From an uncultured delta proteobacterium (GTDB lineage Bacteria > Myxococcota > Myxococcia > Myxococcales > Anaeromyxobacteraceae), in NCBI GenBank assembly GCA_963766715.1, contig CAVYBH010000012.1:448001-512000 (forward strand): a stretch of DNA of 64,000 bases, in the 5' to 3' direction. A program made the translations under genes and the position numbers. The notes below the pieces were generated by a model that saw only the letters and a program-made list of their open reading frames with translations, was not told where the DNA came from and made no database searches. The stretch's first letter is position 1. The number at the start of each line of letters is the position of its first letter. Below, one piece after another: positions 1 through 13,560 of this stretch.

Positions 1-1733
1 GGAAACGACCTCGCGACCTTCCCCGACTTCCCCGCCGAGATCCGCGCCCCCACGGGTACGCTCGCCGGCGTCTCGGGCTACCAGGTCAACTTCGGCTCGA
101 AGGACATCTTCACGCCGGGCGACCAGCCCGACGTCCTCGTCGCCATGAACCCGGCGGCCCTGAAGACCAACCTCCAGGACCTGCGTCCGGGCGGCATCCT
201 CATCACCAACAGCGGCGCCTACAACGCGGGCAACCTCGAGAAGGCCGGCTACAAGTCGAACCCGCTCGACGACGACGCCCTGAAGAAGAACTACAAGGTC
301 GTCTCCGTCGACATGGACAAGCTCACCCGGCCGCGCTGGCCGGGTCCGGGCTCTCCAACAAGGACGTCGCCCGCTGCAGGAACTACTTCGCCCTGGGCAT
401 GATGTACTGGCTCTACAGCCGCCCCACCGAGGCGCAGCTCGAGAACATCCGGAAGAAGTTCGCCAAGAAGCCGGACATCGCCGAGGCCAACGTCAAGGTC
501 TTCCTGGCCGGCCACACCTTCGGCGAGACCACCGAGCTCTTCCTCTCCCAGTACACGGTGCCGGCCGCCAAGCTCGAGCCGGGCACCTACCGGAACATCA
601 CCGGCAACGGCGCCGCGGCCCTCGGGCTCGCCGCCGTGGCCAAGCTGACCGGCCGCCAGGTGTTCCTGGGCAGCTACCCCATCACCCCCGCCACCGAGAT
701 CCTGCAGGACGCCTCCTACTTCAAGGACATGGGGGTCGTGACCTACCAGGCCGAGGACGAGATCGCGGGCATCGGCTCGGCCATCGGCGCCTCCTTCGGC
801 GGGTCGCTGGGCGTGACCACCACCTCGGGCCCGGGCCTGGCGCTCAAGTCGGAGATGCTCGGTCTCGCCGTCATCGCCGAGCTCCCGCTCGTCGTCATCG
901 ACGTGCAGCGCGGCGGCCCGTCGACGGGCATGCCCACCAAGACCGAGCAGTCCGACCTCTACATCGCGCTCTACGGCCGGCACGGCGAGGCGCCCATGCC
1001 GGTCATCGCGGCACGGAGCCCGAGCGACTGCTTCTACGCCACCATCGAGGCCTTCCAGATCGCCACGAAGTGGATGACGCCCGTGCTGCTGCTCACCGAC
1101 GGCTACCTGGGCTTCGGCTCCGAGCCGTTCCGCATCCCGGTGGAGGGGGAGCTCAAGCCCTTCGACGGTGAAGTACCAGACCACGCCGAACTACGAAGGG
1201 CAGTACATGCCGTACCTTCGCGACGCCAAGCTCATCCGCCCCTGGGCCGATCCCCGGTACCGCCGGGCCTCGAGCACCGCATCGGCGGCCTCGAGAAGGA
1301 CTCCATGTCCGGCATGGTCTCCTACGACGGCATGAACCACGAGAGGATGGTGAAGACCCGGGCCCAGAAGATCGCCAACGTCATCGAGGACGTCCCCGAC
1401 GTCGTCGTCGACGGCCCCCAGAGCGGCGACCTGCTGCTCCTCTCCTGGGGCGGCACCTACGGCTCGGTCCGCGGCGCCGCCGCGCAGCTCCGCGCCCAGG
1501 GCAAGAAGGTCGGCCACGTGCACCTGCGCTGGCTGAACCCGCTGCCCAAGAACCTGCTCGCGGTCATCAAGAGCTTCAAGAAGGTCCTGGTACCCGAGGT
1601 CAACAACGGCCAGCTGGCCACCTACCTGCGCGCCTCCTTCCCGGGAGTCGATCCGCTGCAGTTCAACCGGATCAACGGCAAGGCCATCAAGGTGAGCGAG
1701 CTGGTCGGCAAGGTGAACGAGATCCTGGGCTAG
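1..1733 (+). CDS. korA: 2-oxoacid:ferredoxin oxidoreductase alpha subunit (5' end outside window; indels near 330-400 and 1165-1260)
   Basis: Motifs YPITPATE, QAEDEIAGIG, TTTSGPG, DVQRGGPSTGMPTKTEQSD, SWGGTYG, EVNNGQL. Confidence 0.9.
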   Translation, partial: KRPRDLPRLPRRDPRPHGYARRRLGLPGQLRLEGHLHAGRPARRPRRHEPGGPEDQPPGPASGRHPHHQQRRLQRGQPREGRLQVEPARRRRPEEELQGRLRRHGQAHPAALAGSGLSNKDVARCRNYFALGMMYWLYSRPTEAQLENIRKKFAKKPDIAEANVKVFLAGHTFGETTELFLSQYTVPAAKLEPGTYRNITGNGAAALGLAAVAKLTGRQVFLGSYPITPATEILQDASYFKDMGVVTYQAEDEIAGIGSAIGASFGGSLGVTTTSGPGLALKSEMLGLAVIAELPLVVIDVQRGGPSTGMPTKTEQSDLYIALYGRHGEAPMPVIAARSPSDCFYATIEAFQIATKWMTPVLLLTDGYLGFGSEPFRIPVEGELKPFDGEVPDHAELRRAVHAVPSRRQAHPPLGRSPVPPGLEHRIGGLEKDSMSGMVSYDGMNHERMVKTRAQKIANVIEDVPDVVVDGPQSGDLLLLSWGGTYGSVRGAAAQLRAQGKKVGHVHLRWLNPLPKNLLAVIKSFKKVLVPEVNNGQLATYLRASFPGVDPLQFNRINGKAIKVSELVGKVNEILG

Positions 1734-1757
1734 GGCCCGAAAGGAAAGAGCCAGACC

Positions 1758-2803
1758 ATGAGCGCAAACGGCCAGACCCAGAATCCCGTCCCCACCTACA
1801 CCAAGAAGGACTTCGAGTCCGGAGTCGACCCGCGCTGGTGTCCCGGGTGCGGCGACTTCTCCATCATCAACCAGGTGCAGAAGGCCATGCCCGCCGTGGG
1901 CGTGGCCCGCGAGAACATCGTCTTCATCTCGGGCATCGGATGCTCCTCGCGCTTCCCGTACTACATGAACAACTACGGGATGCACACGCTGCACGGCCGC
2001 GCGCCCTCCTTCGCCTCCGGGCTGAAGGTCTCGCGGCCGGAGCTGATGGTGTGGGTGATCACCGGTGACGGCGACGCACTCGCCATCGGCGGCAACCACT
2101 TCATCCACACGATGCGGCGCAACCTGGACCTCAAGGTCCTGATGTTCAACAACCGCATCTACGGCCTCACCAAGGGCCAGGTCTCCCCGACCTCCGAGCT
2201 GGGGAAGAAGACCAAGACCACGCCGCACGGGTCGCCCGACTACCCGTTCAACGCCCCGGCGCTGGCGCTGGGCGCGGGCGCCACGTTCGTGGCCCGCTCC
2301 ATCGACGTCGAGGGTGCGCACCTGGGCGGGATCATCGGCGCGGCGGCGGCCCACAAGGGCAGCGCCTTCATCGAGGTCTTCCAGAACTGCCCGGTGTTCA
2401 ACGACGGCGCCTACACGTTCCTCACCGACAAGGCCGTCAAGACCGAGGCCATCCTCCGCATGGAGGCGGGCAAGCCGCTCGTCTTCGGCAAGGACGGCAA
2501 GAAGGGCATCCGCTTCAACGGCCAGACGGCCGAGCTCGAGGTGGTGACCATCGGCGAGAACGGGATCACCGAGAAGGACATCCTCGTCCACGACCCGAGC
2601 CGCGCCGACCCGACCATCGCCTTCATGATGGCGAACCTGTCCGACCGGGCGGGCTTCCCGACCCCATCGGCATCTTCCGCGACGTCCGCAAGCCGACCGC
2701 CGACGAGAACACCTGGGAGATGATCAAGGCCGCCAAGGCCAAGAAGGGCGAGCAGTCGCTCGTGAAGTTCCTCTCCGGCGCCGACACCTGGCAGGTGAAG
2801 TAG
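1758..2803 (+). CDS. korB: 2-oxoacid:ferredoxin oxidoreductase beta subunit (indel near 2665)
   Basis: WCPGCGD, SGIGCSSR, TPP-binding GDGD..NN, YGLTKGQ; C-terminus ..GADTWQVK* in a shifted frame. Confidence 0.9.
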
Positions 2804-2831
2804 GGCGCCCGGGCGCGACCCGGATTCATCG

Positions 2832-2868
2832 AGGGGCATCGGCGCGAGCCGGTGCCCCTTTCTCGTTT
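2832..2868 (+). terminator. Intrinsic terminator after korAB
   Basis: Stem aggggcatcggc / gccggtgcccct with GCGA loop, followed by ttctcgttt. Confidence 0.75.
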
Positions 2869-2869
2869 G

Positions 2870-3649
2870 CGGCGCGCAGTCCCGCCGGGCCTCGAGGACG
2901 GCCTCGCAGTGGAGGGCCTGCGGGCTCTCCGGCGGGGCGGCGGCGATGCAGGCGCGGCAGGACGCGGAGACCGCGTGGCAGGGGGCCTCGAGCCCCCGCG
3001 CGCCACAGGCCCCGGCTCGCGCCTCGATCAGGCCGGGGTCGAGCCGGACGGCCTCGTCGTAGCTCGCCGCCGCGAGGGCGACGTCTCCGCGGTGCCAGGA
3101 CACCCAGCCGAGGTCCTGGTGGACCTGGGGCACGTCCGGCCTGGCCTCGAGCGCATGCAGGAGATCGCGGCGGGCCCGGTCGAGGAGCAGCCTGCGCTCG
3201 TCTCCTGGGCTGTCGAGCGCCCGGCGTGCGAGGAGGCGGGCCCGATCGATCCGGGCCGGGACCTGGTCGGGGTCGATGCGAAGCGCGTCGCCGAAGGCGG
3301 CCTCCGCGTCCGCCTCGAGACCCAGCGCCGCGAGGGCCTCGCCGCGGTTCACGTGGGCCTCCGCCAGGTCGGGATCGGCGGACAGGGCGAGGTCGAACTG
3401 GGCGAGCGCCTCGACCGGACGGCCGGCCGCGCGAAGCGCGACGCCCAGCCCGTTTCTCGCCTCGGCCAGGTCGGGCGCGATCTCGAGTGCGTGCTCGAAG
3501 GCCACCTCGGCGCGCTCCCGGTCGCCCTCGGCGAGGTGGCGGTAGCCTCGGCGGACCTGCTCCATCGAACGGGGATGGGGCGGGGCGACCACGCAGGCCG
3601 AGAGGGGAAGGGGGAGGAGGAGGAGGGCGGCGAGCGCGCGTTCGGGCAC
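2870..3649 (-). CDS. TPR-repeat lipoprotein (3' end approximate)
   Basis: Signal peptide with lipobox LSAC; TPR units AEARNGLGVAL, AEAHVNRGEAL, PQVHQDLGWV; ORF track reads through the terminator into korB, so the stop is probably lost to an error. Confidence 0.75.
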
Positions 3650-3784
3650 GTCCCGGCCGGGTTGCGAGCGGCGGGCCGATCCGGCCTCGGCGACCTCCGG
3701 GCAGACGACGGGGCGTGAACGGCCGCAGGGCGAACGAGGCGGCCGGGTCGCGGTCGCGCCCGCTGGGCCGGGATTCGCGCGAAA

Positions 3785-3813
3785 TTGACACTACATGCGT
3801 GGTCACATAGCTT
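3785..3813 (+). promoter_or_regulatory. Sigma70-type promoter of the RHH gene
   Basis: TTGACA-17 nt-TAGCTT, 9 nt upstream of ATG 3823. Confidence 0.7.
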
Positions 3814-3822
3814 CGTTGCCGC

Positions 3823-4014
3823 ATGGCCCGGAAGAAGATCTCGACCACGGTGTACATCACGCCCGAACAGGACGAGCGCCTGAAGCTGCTCAACGAGCGG
3901 ACCAAGGTGCCGGTGGCGGAGTACATCCGTCAGGGGATCGACATGGTCCTCGACAAGTACCGGGCCGCACTTCCCGGACAGCTCACGCTGGACGAGCTGG
4001 AACGGAAGGGGTAG
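3823..4014 (+). CDS. cdbA: Ribbon-helix-helix DNA-binding protein, CdbA-like (c-di-GMP-binding nucleoid protein of Myxococcus)
   Basis: MARKKISTTVYITPEQ..TKVPVAEYIRQGID: beta-strand plus two helices; resembles recalled M. xanthus CdbA. Confidence 0.7.
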   Translation: MARKKISTTVYITPEQDERLKLLNERTKVPVAEYIRQGIDMVLDKYRAALPGQLTLDELERKG

Positions 4015-4026
4015 TCGACGAGCCCC

Positions 4027-4968
4027 ATGGCCGAAAAGCGCGTCGTCATCCTCGGAGCGGCAGGATTCATCGGCAGCCATCTCACCGACCGGTTCCTCGC
4101 CGAGGGATGGAAGGTCCTCGGGGTCGACAACCTCATCACCGGCACGCTCCGCAACCTCGCGCACCTCGAGGGGAACGGCCGGTTCGAGTTCCTCCGGGCC
4201 GACGTCTGCGACGGCCTCGACGGCGTCGCGGGCCCGGTCGACGCGGTGCTCGACTTCGCCTCTCCGGCCTCGCCGATCGACTACCTCGAGCATCCCTTCG
4301 AGACCCTCAGGGTAGGGTCCGTGGGGGTGGAGCGAGCCCTCGACCTGGCGCGCGCCAAGGGCGCCACGTTCCTCCTCTCGTCCACCTCCGAGGTGTACGG
4401 CGATCCGCTCGAGCACCCGCAGAAGGAGAGCTACTGGGGGAACGTGAACCCGGTGGGGCCCCGCGCGGTGTACGACGAGGCCAAGCGGTTCGCCGAGGCC
4501 ATCACCATGGCCTACCACCGGTACCGCGGGGTCGACACCCGCATCGCGCGCATCTTCAACACCTACGGGCCCCGCATGCGGCTCGACGACGGGCGGGTCG
4601 TCCCCACGCTCGTGGCCCAGGCGCTGCGAGGGGAGCCGTTGACCGTCTTCGGCGACGGCTCGCAGACCCGGAGCTTCTGCTACGTCGACGACAACGTCGA
4701 GGGGATGTGGCGCCTGCTCCACTCGAAGGAGCACGATCCCGTGAACATCGGGAATCCGCACGAGATGACCATCCTGGAGTTCGCCCGGGCCGTGCAGCGG
4801 CTCTGCGGCCGCGACCTGCCCATCGTGCACCGGCCCCTGCCGAAGGACGACCCGCGAGTCCGCCGCCCGGACATCACCCGGGCGCGGGAGATCCTGGGCT
4901 GGGAACCCCAGGTCGGGTTCGACGAGGGGATGCAGCGCAGCATCGCCTGGTTCCGCCAGCAGGTCTGA
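4027..4968 (+). CDS. UDP-glucuronate decarboxylase family SDR (UXS-like)
   Basis: [52 protein letters not shown]. Confidence 0.88.
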   Translation: MAEKRVVILGAAGFIGSHLTDRFLAEGWKVLGVDNLITGTLRNLAHLEGNGRFEFLRADVCDGLDGVAGPVDAVLDFASPASPIDYLEHPFETLRVGSVGVERALDLARAKGATFLLSSTSEVYGDPLEHPQKESYWGNVNPVGPRAVYDEAKRFAEAITMAYHRYRGVDTRIARIFNTYGPRMRLDDGRVVPTLVAQALRGEPLTVFGDGSQTRSFCYVDDNVEGMWRLLHSKEHDPVNIGNPHEMTILEFARAVQRLCGRDLPIVHRPLPKDDPRVRRPDITRAREILGWEPQVGFDEGMQRSIAWFRQQV

Positions 4969-4980
4969 TCGGAGGGAAGC

Positions 4981-5907
4981 GTGGCAGGAAAGATCCTCGT
5001 GACCGGGGGCGCCGGGTTCATCGGCTCCACCGTGGCCGACCGGTTCGTCGGAGCCGGCTGGGACGTGGCGGTGCTCGACGACCTCTCGTCGGGCAAGCGC
5101 GAGAACGTCCCGGGGCAGGCCCGCTTCTACCCGTGTGACGTCCGCAGCGCGGCGGCGGCCGAGGCCGTGCTCGCCGAGCGCCCCGACGTCCTCTGCCACC
5201 ACGCCGCCCAGATCGACGTGCGCCGGTCGATGGCCGATCCGCGCTACGACGTCGACGTGAACGTGGGCGGGCTCGTGAACCTGCTCTCGGCCGCGGCCCG
5301 CGCCGGGGTGAAGCACGTCCTCTTCGCGTCGAGCGGGGGCGCCGCCTACGGCGACACGGATCGGATTCCCACGCCGGAGGACGAGCCCACCCACCCGGTG
5401 TCGGTGTACGGGGCGTCCAAGGTGGCGAGCGAGCTCTTCCTCGGCGTCTGGCGGGCCGCGCACGGGATCACCTTCACCGCGCTCCGGTACGGCAACGTCT
5501 ACGGGCCGAGGCAGGACCCGCACGGCGAGGCGGGGGTGGTGGCCATCTTCGCCGGGCGGCTGCTCGGCGGGGAGCCCTGCACCATCAACGGCGACGGCGG
5601 CCAGACCCGCGACTACGTCTTCGTGGCCGACGTGGCGCGCGCGAACCTCCTCGCGGCGGAGCGCCGTCACGACGGGCCCGTCAACGTGGGCACCGGCGTC
5701 GAGACCGACGTGAACCGGCTCTACCAGGTCCTGGCCGACGCGGCCGGCGTCCGGGCGGCGGCGACCCACGGGCCGGGAAAGGCGGGCGAGCAGCGCCGCT
5801 CCTGCCTCGACGCGTCCGCCGCCGCGCGCGTGCTGGGCTGGCGCCCCGAGGTCGGCATCGAGGACGGCCTCCGGCGCACGCTCGAGTGGTTCCGCGCGCG
5901 GCGCTGA
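4981..5907 (+). CDS. NAD-dependent epimerase (UDP-glucose 4-epimerase-like)
   Basis: TGGAGFIGS, YGASK, YGNVYGPRQDPHGEAGVV, QTRDYVFV. Confidence 0.85.
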   Translation: MAGKILVTGGAGFIGSTVADRFVGAGWDVAVLDDLSSGKRENVPGQARFYPCDVRSAAAAEAVLAERPDVLCHHAAQIDVRRSMADPRYDVDVNVGGLVNLLSAAARAGVKHVLFASSGGAAYGDTDRIPTPEDEPTHPVSVYGASKVASELFLGVWRAAHGITFTALRYGNVYGPRQDPHGEAGVVAIFAGRLLGGEPCTINGDGGQTRDYVFVADVARANLLAAERRHDGPVNVGTGVETDVNRLYQVLADAAGVRAAATHGPGKAGEQRRSCLDASAAARVLGWRPEVGIEDGLRRTLEWFRARR

Positions 5908-5913
5908 GCCGGC

Positions 5914-6768
5914 CTAGCCCTCCTGCGGCGGTTCCTCTTCCGGCTCCCCGGGTGCGGGGGCGGGCCCGCCCAGGATCCGCTCCAGCTCCGCCCGGGCCGC
6001 GCCGGCCTCCGCGGCGGGGACGGTCCCGTTCCGCTCCAGCAGGCCGAGGATTCGCCGGGCCTTCCGGGCCAGCCAGCGGGGGGCGGGGGCCAGCGCCGCG
6101 CGCCTCGGGGCGGGGAGCATGGCGGCCAGCGTGGCCGACTGTGCGGCGGAGAGGTCGCGAGCGCCCACGCCGAACCAGCGGCGGGCCGCGGCCTCCGCGC
6201 CGAAGACGCCGTTTCCCCACTCGGCCACGTCCAGGTAGAGGGTGAGGATGCGCTTCTTCGACAGGGACCGCTCGAGCTTCACGGCGAGCAACGCCTCCCT
6301 GAGCTTGCGGAGGTAGCTGCGCTCGGTCCCGAGCCAGAGGTTCTTGGCGAGCTGCTGGGTGATGGTGGAGGCGCCGCGCACGGTGCGCCCGGCCTTCCAG
6401 TTCTGCTCGGCGGCGTTCTTGATCTCGTCCCAGTCGAAGCCGGCGTGACCGAAGAAGGAGGCGTCCTCGGAGGCCACCACGGCGCGCACCAGCCGGGGGG
6501 AGATCCGATCGAGGGAGACCGGGCGGTAGTCGGGCCGGAACGCCTTCCCGGTCGCGGTCGCCTCGGCGCGCCGCTGCTCCATCAGGGCGGTGGAGGGCGG
6601 CGCCCGCGTGGCGAGCGGCTCCACGTCGGGCAGGGATCGCCAGAGGAGCCAGGAGAGGAGGGCCAGGACCGCCAGCGCGCCTGCCCCGAAGGCGGCGATG
6701 CGCAGCGCCCAACGCCCCTTCGGGGCCGCCTGCCTCCTCGAACCCTTGCCCCGCTTCGCCGATGCCAC
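5914..6768 (-). CDS. mtgA: Monofunctional peptidoglycan glycosyltransferase
   Basis: N-terminal TM; GT51 motifs SEDASFFGHAGFD, GASTITQQLAKNL, RKLREA, KKRILTLYL. Confidence 0.9.
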   Translation of the reverse strand: MASAKRGKGSRRQAAPKGRWALRIAAFGAGALAVLALLSWLLWRSLPDVEPLATRAPPSTALMEQRRAEATATGKAFRPDYRPVSLDRISPRLVRAVVASEDASFFGHAGFDWDEIKNAAEQNWKAGRTVRGASTITQQLAKNLWLGTERSYLRKLREALLAVKLERSLSKKRILTLYLDVAEWGNGVFGAEAAARRWFGVGARDLSAAQSATLAAMLPAPRRAALAPAPRWLARKARRILGLLERNGTVPAAEAGAARAELERILGGPAPAPGEPEEEPPQEG

Positions 6769-6898
6769 GCCGGTTCCCTATCAGGGATGGGCCGTCGGGG
6801 GAACGGCTCCCACAAGGGCGAGCGCCGCGCCCGGCGAGGGATTACATGCCCGGAAACTCGCGACGAGCGGCCCGCGGGGCCGCGGAGGAAGGAAGATC

Positions 6899-7501
6899 AT
6901 GAGCGTGAAGCTCTACAAGCCCCAGGACTTCTCGAAGGTGCGCGGCCTCGCCGGCATCTCCAACGACCAGATCGAGGAGCACCTCAAGCTCTACGAGGGC
7001 TACGTGAAGCGCACGAACGCGCTCACGGAGAAGCTGGAGGGGCTGGCCAAGGAGGGCAAGGCGGCCGGCGCCGACCCGGTCTACGCCGAGCTCACCCGCC
7101 GGCTCGGCTTCGAGTACGACGGCATCCTGAACCACGAGTACTACTTCGGAAATCTCACCGCGGGTGCACAGGCCGAGCCGCCGTCCGGGTCGAAGCTGGC
7201 CAAGGCCATCGACGCGTCCTTCGGCGGCTACGGGACCTTCCTGGCCGACTTCCGCGCCATCGCCACCATGCCGGGCATCGGCTGGGCGATGACCTTCCAG
7301 GATCCGGCCACCGGCTGGCTCTCCAACCACTGGATCACCCTCCACGAGAACGGCATCCCCATCGGCTTCACGCCCATCCTGGTGATGGACGGGTGGGAGC
7401 ACGCCTTCATGCGCGACTACAAGGCCTTCGAGCGCGGCAAGTACGTCGACGCGTTCTTCAAGAACGTCGACTGGGCCGCCGTCGAGAAGCGCCTGAAGTA
7501 G
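6899..7501 (+). CDS. Fe/Mn superoxide dismutase family protein
   Basis: Ligand motifs EEHLKLYEGY, NHEYYF, DGWEHAF; purine-rich RBS before ATG 6899. Confidence 0.85.
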   Translation: MSVKLYKPQDFSKVRGLAGISNDQIEEHLKLYEGYVKRTNALTEKLEGLAKEGKAAGADPVYAELTRRLGFEYDGILNHEYYFGNLTAGAQAEPPSGSKLAKAIDASFGGYGTFLADFRAIATMPGIGWAMTFQDPATGWLSNHWITLHENGIPIGFTPILVMDGWEHAFMRDYKAFERGKYVDAFFKNVDWAAVEKRLK

Positions 7502-7577
7502 CCGCACTCGGAGAGGCGCTCGCGCCCGCGCCGACTCGCCTCCCGGCGGGCGGCCGCGGGCGCGGCCACGTCCGGCC

Positions 7578-8722
7578 ATGCCATCGCGAACCCGTCCCGT
7601 CTCCCGCGCGCCGCGCCGCGCTCCGCCGGAGGTTGCTCGCCTGGTGGGACGCGGGGCACCGGGACCTGCCCTGGCGGGTTCCCCAGCACGGCGCCGATCC
7701 CTACCGGGTCTGGCTGGCCGAGGTGATGCTCCAGCAGACGCGGGTCGAGACGGCGATCCCGTACTACCGGCGCTTCCTGGAGCGCTGGCCGTCCCTCGAG
7801 GCGCTGGCCGCCGCCGACGACGCGGAGGTCCTGGCCGCCTGGAGCGGCCTCGGGTACTACGCGCGCTGCCGCAACCTGATCGCGGCCGCCCGGGAGGCGC
7901 TGCGGAGGCACGGCGGCCTGCCCGGCTCGCTCGAGGCGCTCCGCGCGCTCCCCGGCTTCGGGCCATACACTGCGGGTGCAGTGGCCAGCATCGCCTTCGC
8001 CGTCCCGGCGGCGGCGGTCGACGGGAACGTGTCGAGGGTGCTCTCCCGGCTGTTCCGCGTGGCGGGGGGACGCCGCAGTCACCGAAGGTGAAGCGGCGGC
8101 TGGAGGCGCTCGCCGCGGCGCTCGTCAATCGCGAGCGGCCCGGGCGACTTCAACCAGGCGTTGATGGAGCTCGGGGCCACCACCTGCCTGCCCCGGCGCC
8201 CGCGCTGCGCGAGCTGCCCGGTGTCCGGCGCCTGCGAGGCGTTCCGGGCCGGGCGGCAGGCCGAGCACCCCGGCAGGCGGGTGCGGCGAAGGCCGACCGA
8301 CGTCCGCCTCGCGGTGGTCCGCGTGGAGCGGGGAGGGCGCCTCCTCCTCGCCCGTGCGCCGGACGGGGGACTCCTGGGGGGGATGTGGGGCCTTCCAGGC
8401 GTCGAGGTCCCGTCCGGGGCGGATCCCGCGAGCGACGCTCGAGGCCTGGGGGCGGCAGGCGCTGGGAAAATCCCTGGAGGTCCGGGAGGAACTGGGGACG
8501 GTCGTTCGCCTGCTCACCCACCGCCGCCTGGAGTTCCGCATCTTCCGGGGCAGGCTCGGGGCAGGGCGGGCGAACGATTCCGGGCGTCTGCGCTTTACAT
8601 CCGAGGGCGAGGCGAGTAGTTTGCCGCGCTCCACGGCGATGCGCCGCGTCATCGAGGCCTCGGGCGGGTGGTCTTTCGCTCCGGCCCGAAGACGAGACGC
8701 GAAAAAGGTCACCGGGGAGTGA
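7578..8722 (+). CDS. mutY: A/G-specific adenine glycosylase (several indels)
   Basis: RDLPWR, EVMLQQT, GLGYYAR, LPGFGPYTA, VDGNVSRV, Fe-S motif C-X6-C-X2-C-X5-C, NUDIX-like C-terminus. Confidence 0.88.
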
Positions 8723-8731
8723 CGGAAGCCC

Positions 8732-8768
8732 TTGACTTCAATCGGGCCCACCCGTATAAATCGCGCCC
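8732..8768 (+). promoter_or_regulatory. Sigma70 promoter of the str operon with GC-rich discriminator
   Basis: TTGACT-17 nt-TATAAA followed by tcgcgccc. Confidence 0.8.
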
Positions 8769-8841
8769 TTTTTGACGGCGGAAGCCGTAGCAGGCGCCTC
8801 GGGTTCGCCCGGGGCGTTTCGCCAGGAAAGAACTGGATCGA

Positions 8842-9213
8842 ATGCCGACGATCAGCCAGCTGGTCCGCAAGGGCCGCGAGAAGCTCAAGACGAAGAGGAA
8901 GGCGCCGGCGCTGGTGGAGTCGCCCCAGAAGCGCGGCGTCGCCACTCGCGTCTACACCACCACCCCGAAGAAGCCGAACTCGGCTCTCCGGAAGGTGGCC
9001 CGCGTCCGCCTCACCAACGGCTTCGAGGTCACGAGCTACATCCCCGGCGTCGGCCACAACCTCCAGGAGCACTCGGTGGTGCTCATCCGCGGCGGCCGCG
9101 TGAAGGACCTCCCCGGCGTTCGCTATCACATCATCCGCGGTACCCTCGACGCCGTCGGCGTCCAGGGCCGCAAGCAGAGCCGCTCGAAGTACGGCGCCAA
9201 GCGCCCGAGCTAG
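8842..9213 (+). CDS. rpsL: 30S ribosomal protein S12
   Basis: [34 protein letters not shown]. Confidence 0.98.
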   Translation: MPTISQLVRKGREKLKTKRKAPALVESPQKRGVATRVYTTTPKKPNSALRKVARVRLTNGFEVTSYIPGVGHNLQEHSVVLIRGGRVKDLPGVRYHIIRGTLDAVGVQGRKQSRSKYGAKRPS

Positions 9214-9226
9214 GCAGAGGATCTCG

Positions 9227-9697
9227 ATGCCCCGTCGTCGCGTAGTCGAGAAGCGGAAGATCCTGCCCGATCCCAAGTTCCAGGATCGGACCGTGGCGAA
9301 GTTCATCAACAACCTGATGCGCGAGGGCAAGAAGTCCACGGGCGAGCGGATCATCTACGGCGCGTTCGCCGTGGTCGAGAACCGCCTCAAGGACGATCCC
9401 CTCAAGGTCTTCAAGAAGGCCCTCGACAACGTGAAGCCGGTCGTCGAGGTGAAGTCCCGCCGCGTGGGCGGCGCCACCTACCAGGTCCCCGTGGAGGTCC
9501 GTCAGGACCGCCGCACCGCCCTGGCGATGCGCTGGCTCATCGAGTACGCCTCCTCGCGGGGCGAGAAGACGATGGTCGAGAAGCTTGCGGGTGAGATCCT
9601 CGATGCCGCGAACAACCGCGGCAACGCCGTGAAGAAGCGCGAGGACACCCACAAGATGGCCGAAGCGAACAAGGCGTTCGCACACTACCGCTGGTAG
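9227..9697 (+). CDS. rpsG: 30S ribosomal protein S7
   Basis: [30 protein letters not shown]. Confidence 0.98.
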   Translation: MPRRRVVEKRKILPDPKFQDRTVAKFINNLMREGKKSTGERIIYGAFAVVENRLKDDPLKVFKKALDNVKPVVEVKSRRVGGATYQVPVEVRQDRRTALAMRWLIEYASSRGEKTMVEKLAGEILDAANNRGNAVKKREDTHKMAEANKAFAHYRW

Positions 9698-9719
9698 CTC
9701 GTCGGTAAGGGTAAGGGAG

Positions 9720-9832
9720 GATCGAAGCTCGAAGAGGCCGACTCGGTCGGCAGGGTCCCGAGGACCCGATGGCTCTTTGACAGCTCGGTCAGGTCGACAC
9801 GTCGCCAGGCGACGTACGGATTGCGCACGCAA
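9720..9832 (+). other. Structured intergenic RNA element between rpsG and fusA (candidate cis-regulatory RNA)
   Basis: Closing stem 9720-9736 / 9773-9790 enclosing two 6-bp hairpins, plus two more hairpins at 9799-9815 and 9821-9832. Confidence 0.5.
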
Positions 9833-9852
9833 CGGTTTGAAGGATAGAGAAA

Positions 9853-11946
<2,094 letters not shown>

Positions 11947-11976
11947 CCCGGCGCGTAACGACGAAGGAGAAGGCAC

Positions 11977-13166
<1,190 letters not shown>

Positions 13167-13237
13167 TCGAAGAAAGAGGCAGCCCCGGCGAACGGCGGTG
13201 CAGTCTGCCGCGCCGCGCCGGGGCTAGAAGCTGAGGC

Positions 13238-13549
13238 GTGAAGATGGCAATGCAGAAGATCCGTATCCGGCTCAAGGCCTACGACTACAAGCTGCTCGAC
13301 CAGTCGGCCGGCGAGATCGTGGAGACCGCGAAGCGGACCGGCGCCAAGGTGGCCGGCCCGATCCCGCTCCCCACCCGGATCAACAAGTTCACCGTCCTCC
13401 GCAGCCCGCACGTCGACAAGAAGTCGCGTGAGCAGTTCGAGATCCGCACGCACAAGCGGCTTCTCGAGATCCAGGAGCCGACGTCGCAGACCCTGGACGC
13501 GCTCATGAAGCTGGATCTGTCGGCGGGCGTGGACGTGGAGATCAAGTAG
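13238..13549 (+). CDS. rpsJ: 30S ribosomal protein S10 (start could be ATG 13244)
   Basis: [30 protein letters not shown]. Confidence 0.97.
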   Translation: MKMAMQKIRIRLKAYDYKLLDQSAGEIVETAKRTGAKVAGPIPLPTRINKFTVLRSPHVDKKSREQFEIRTHKRLLEIQEPTSQTLDALMKLDLSAGVDVEIK

Positions 13550-13560
13550 GCGAGGACGCC

